Assembly: GCA_027484145.1 (NCBI GenBank) | Contig: JAIXUH010000007.1 | Coordinates: 291,647-355,646, forward strand | Direction: 5' to 3' | Source: Rhodobacter sp. | GTDB taxonomy: Bacteria > Pseudomonadota > Alphaproteobacteria > Rhodobacterales > Rhodobacteraceae | Length of the DNA stretch: 64,000 nucleotides | Shown: piece by piece, positions 62,893-64,000 of the stretch | How the letters are laid out: each line of letters opens with the position of its first letter | Position numbering within the stretch: position 1 is the first letter of the stretch | The notes under the pieces: model-generated | The model's input: the letters and a program-made list of their open reading frames with translations, nothing else | Database searches by the model: none | Told to the model about the DNA's origin: nothing | Position numbers and translations under genes: made by a program

Positions 62893-64000
62893 TCAGCCGC
62901 GGAGGAGACTCAGTACGCCCTGCTTGGACGAGTTGGCCTGTGCCAGCATCGCCGTGGCGGCCTGGCTCAGAATCTGGCCCCGTGCAAGGTTGGTCGATTC
63001 GGCCGCAAAGTCTGCATCCATGACGTTCGACTTGGCTGCCTGGGTGTTCGCCGAGATGTTCGTCAGGTTGGCAATGGTGCTGTCCAGACGGTTCGAGATG
63101 GCACCGAGGTCAGACCGAGACTGGCCAATTTTCTGCAGCGCCATGTCGATCACCTGGATCGCTTCCGATGCACCTTCAACCGATGTCAGGTCGATTTCCG
63201 CCACCGATGTCAGGTCCGACGCTTCGGTCGCAACTTCCGTGAACGACGTGCCATCCGTCGCGTCACCATCCGACGCCACCACAAAGCCCTTGCCCGAAGC
63301 AAAGGTCACCTGGCCGGTCACGGTGGCTTCGTCGGTGCCGCCCTGTGTCAGGTCGCTGGTGTTCGTGGTCGAGGTCGAGGCGGTGCCGTCTGCGTTCAGG
63401 CCGGTCACGGTCAGGGTTTCGCCCGATGCGCCGCTGTGGTCAAAGCCGGTCAGTTCGATATCGGCGCCGTCCGAAGCGGTCAGCGTGATTTCGCCGTTGG
63501 TGTCGCCCATCGACGCGGTCACGCCTGTGGTGCCCGAGTAGTTGTTGATAGCGTCACGCAGCGAACGCAGGTCAGTGGTGTCGGTGATGGCGACGTTGCC
63601 GATCGAGGTGCCGTTGACCGACATAGTGATGCTACCTGCGGCGCTGAGGCCGGAAAGCGAAGCTTTGGTCACAGCCGTTGCCGACACGCCGGTCGAGGCT
63701 TCGACGCCGTTCACGCTGGCCGCAACGTCCTTGGCCGAAGCACCGGCCGCCACGACTACGTCAGCGCTGCCTTCCGAGCCAGTGATTGTAAAGGTTTCAC
63801 CTGCAATCGTCGAAGCAGAGCCCACAACTGCCACGTCCGTGGTGGCAAAGTTTCCGCCGATCGAGCTTGCCGATGCGCTGTCAATGTCAAGACGCAGCAC
63901 TTGGCCCGAGTCTGCACCGATCTGCAGTTGCTTGCCGGTGAACGAGCCGTCCAGCACTTTCATGCCGTTGAAGGTGGTGGTTTCAGCGACGCGGTTGATC
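62893..64000 (-). CDS. fliC: flagellin (5' end outside window)
   Basis: C-terminal D0/D1 helices are IDMALQKIGQSRSDLGAISNRLDSTIANLTNISANTQAAKSNVMDADFAAESTNLARGQILSQAATAMLAQANSSKQGVLSLLRG. The frame stays open upstream of the tracked Met (…INRVAETTTFNGMKVLDG) to the window edge. Confidence 0.95.
   Translation of the reverse strand, partial: INRVAETTTFNGMKVLDGSFTGKQLQIGADSGQVLRLDIDSASASSIGGNFATTDVAVVGSASTIAGETFTITGSEGSADVVVAAGASAKDVAASVNGVEASTGVSATAVTKASLSGLSAAGSITMSVNGTSIGNVAITDTTDLRSLRDAINNYSGTTGVTASMGDTNGEITLTASDGADIELTGFDHSGASGETLTVTGLNADGTASTSTTNTSDLTQGGTDEATVTGQVTFASGKGFVVASDGDATDGTSFTEVATEASDLTSVAEIDLTSVEGASEAIQVIDMALQKIGQSRSDLGAISNRLDSTIANLTNISANTQAAKSNVMDADFAAESTNLARGQILSQAATAMLAQANSSKQGVLSLLRG

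Overview
High-GC alphaproteobacterial chromosome segment. Gene content and order closely parallel Rhodobacter/Cereibacter sphaeroides, a comparison made from memory. No rRNA, tRNA or CRISPR was seen, and the window is dominated by motility genes.

Three motility blocks are separated by housekeeping genes:
1. 2.8-8.6 kb: an alpha-type block, motB-flgE-flgK-flgL-flgI, that stops at a decayed IS5-family transposase next to map.
2. 18.2-27.4 kb: flhA-flhF-fliA on the minus strand. It diverges from flgP-like / 50-codon ORF / flgT-like / flgA / flgM / DUF2802-like. An uncharacterised Sel1-repeat + NHLP-like gene pair and a second FliL paralogue follow.
3. 32-64 kb:
 - fliS plus a small helical ORF.
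 - A complete cheOp3-type cytoplasmic chemosensory operon: P1-less CheA4-like kinase, cheR, cheB, cheW, ParA-like ppfA, two TM-less PAS-MCPs, cheY6-like, and a kinase-dead HPt/CheW-domain CheA3-like protein.
 - An enteric-order flagellar export/rotor set: fleT-like-fliEFGHIJ, fliKLMN, fliOPQR-flhB.
 - A MotF-like bitopic protein, a PDZ-like membrane protein, rpoN and a 5'-truncated flagellin gene.

Seven sigma54-type -24/-12 elements sit at operon starts, including the che operon. Four are near-perfect or perfect, one is good and two are weaker.

Housekeeping genes between the blocks are map, a cinA-like gene, GNAT, an OmpA-family gene, LysR, kdsB-kdsA-kdsD and slyX-hisS-hisZ-hisG.

Items most worth follow-up:
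- the Sel1/NHLP-like/FliL2 module
- the unannotated ORF between flgP and flgT
- the HTH-less enhancer-binding protein
- a degenerate FlhF with no FlhG
- a gene-conversion tract between the tandem MCPs
- a low-GC in-frame segment in hisS
- a low-GC islet between the che and fleT operons

All calls come from reading the translations and motifs. No database search was run.
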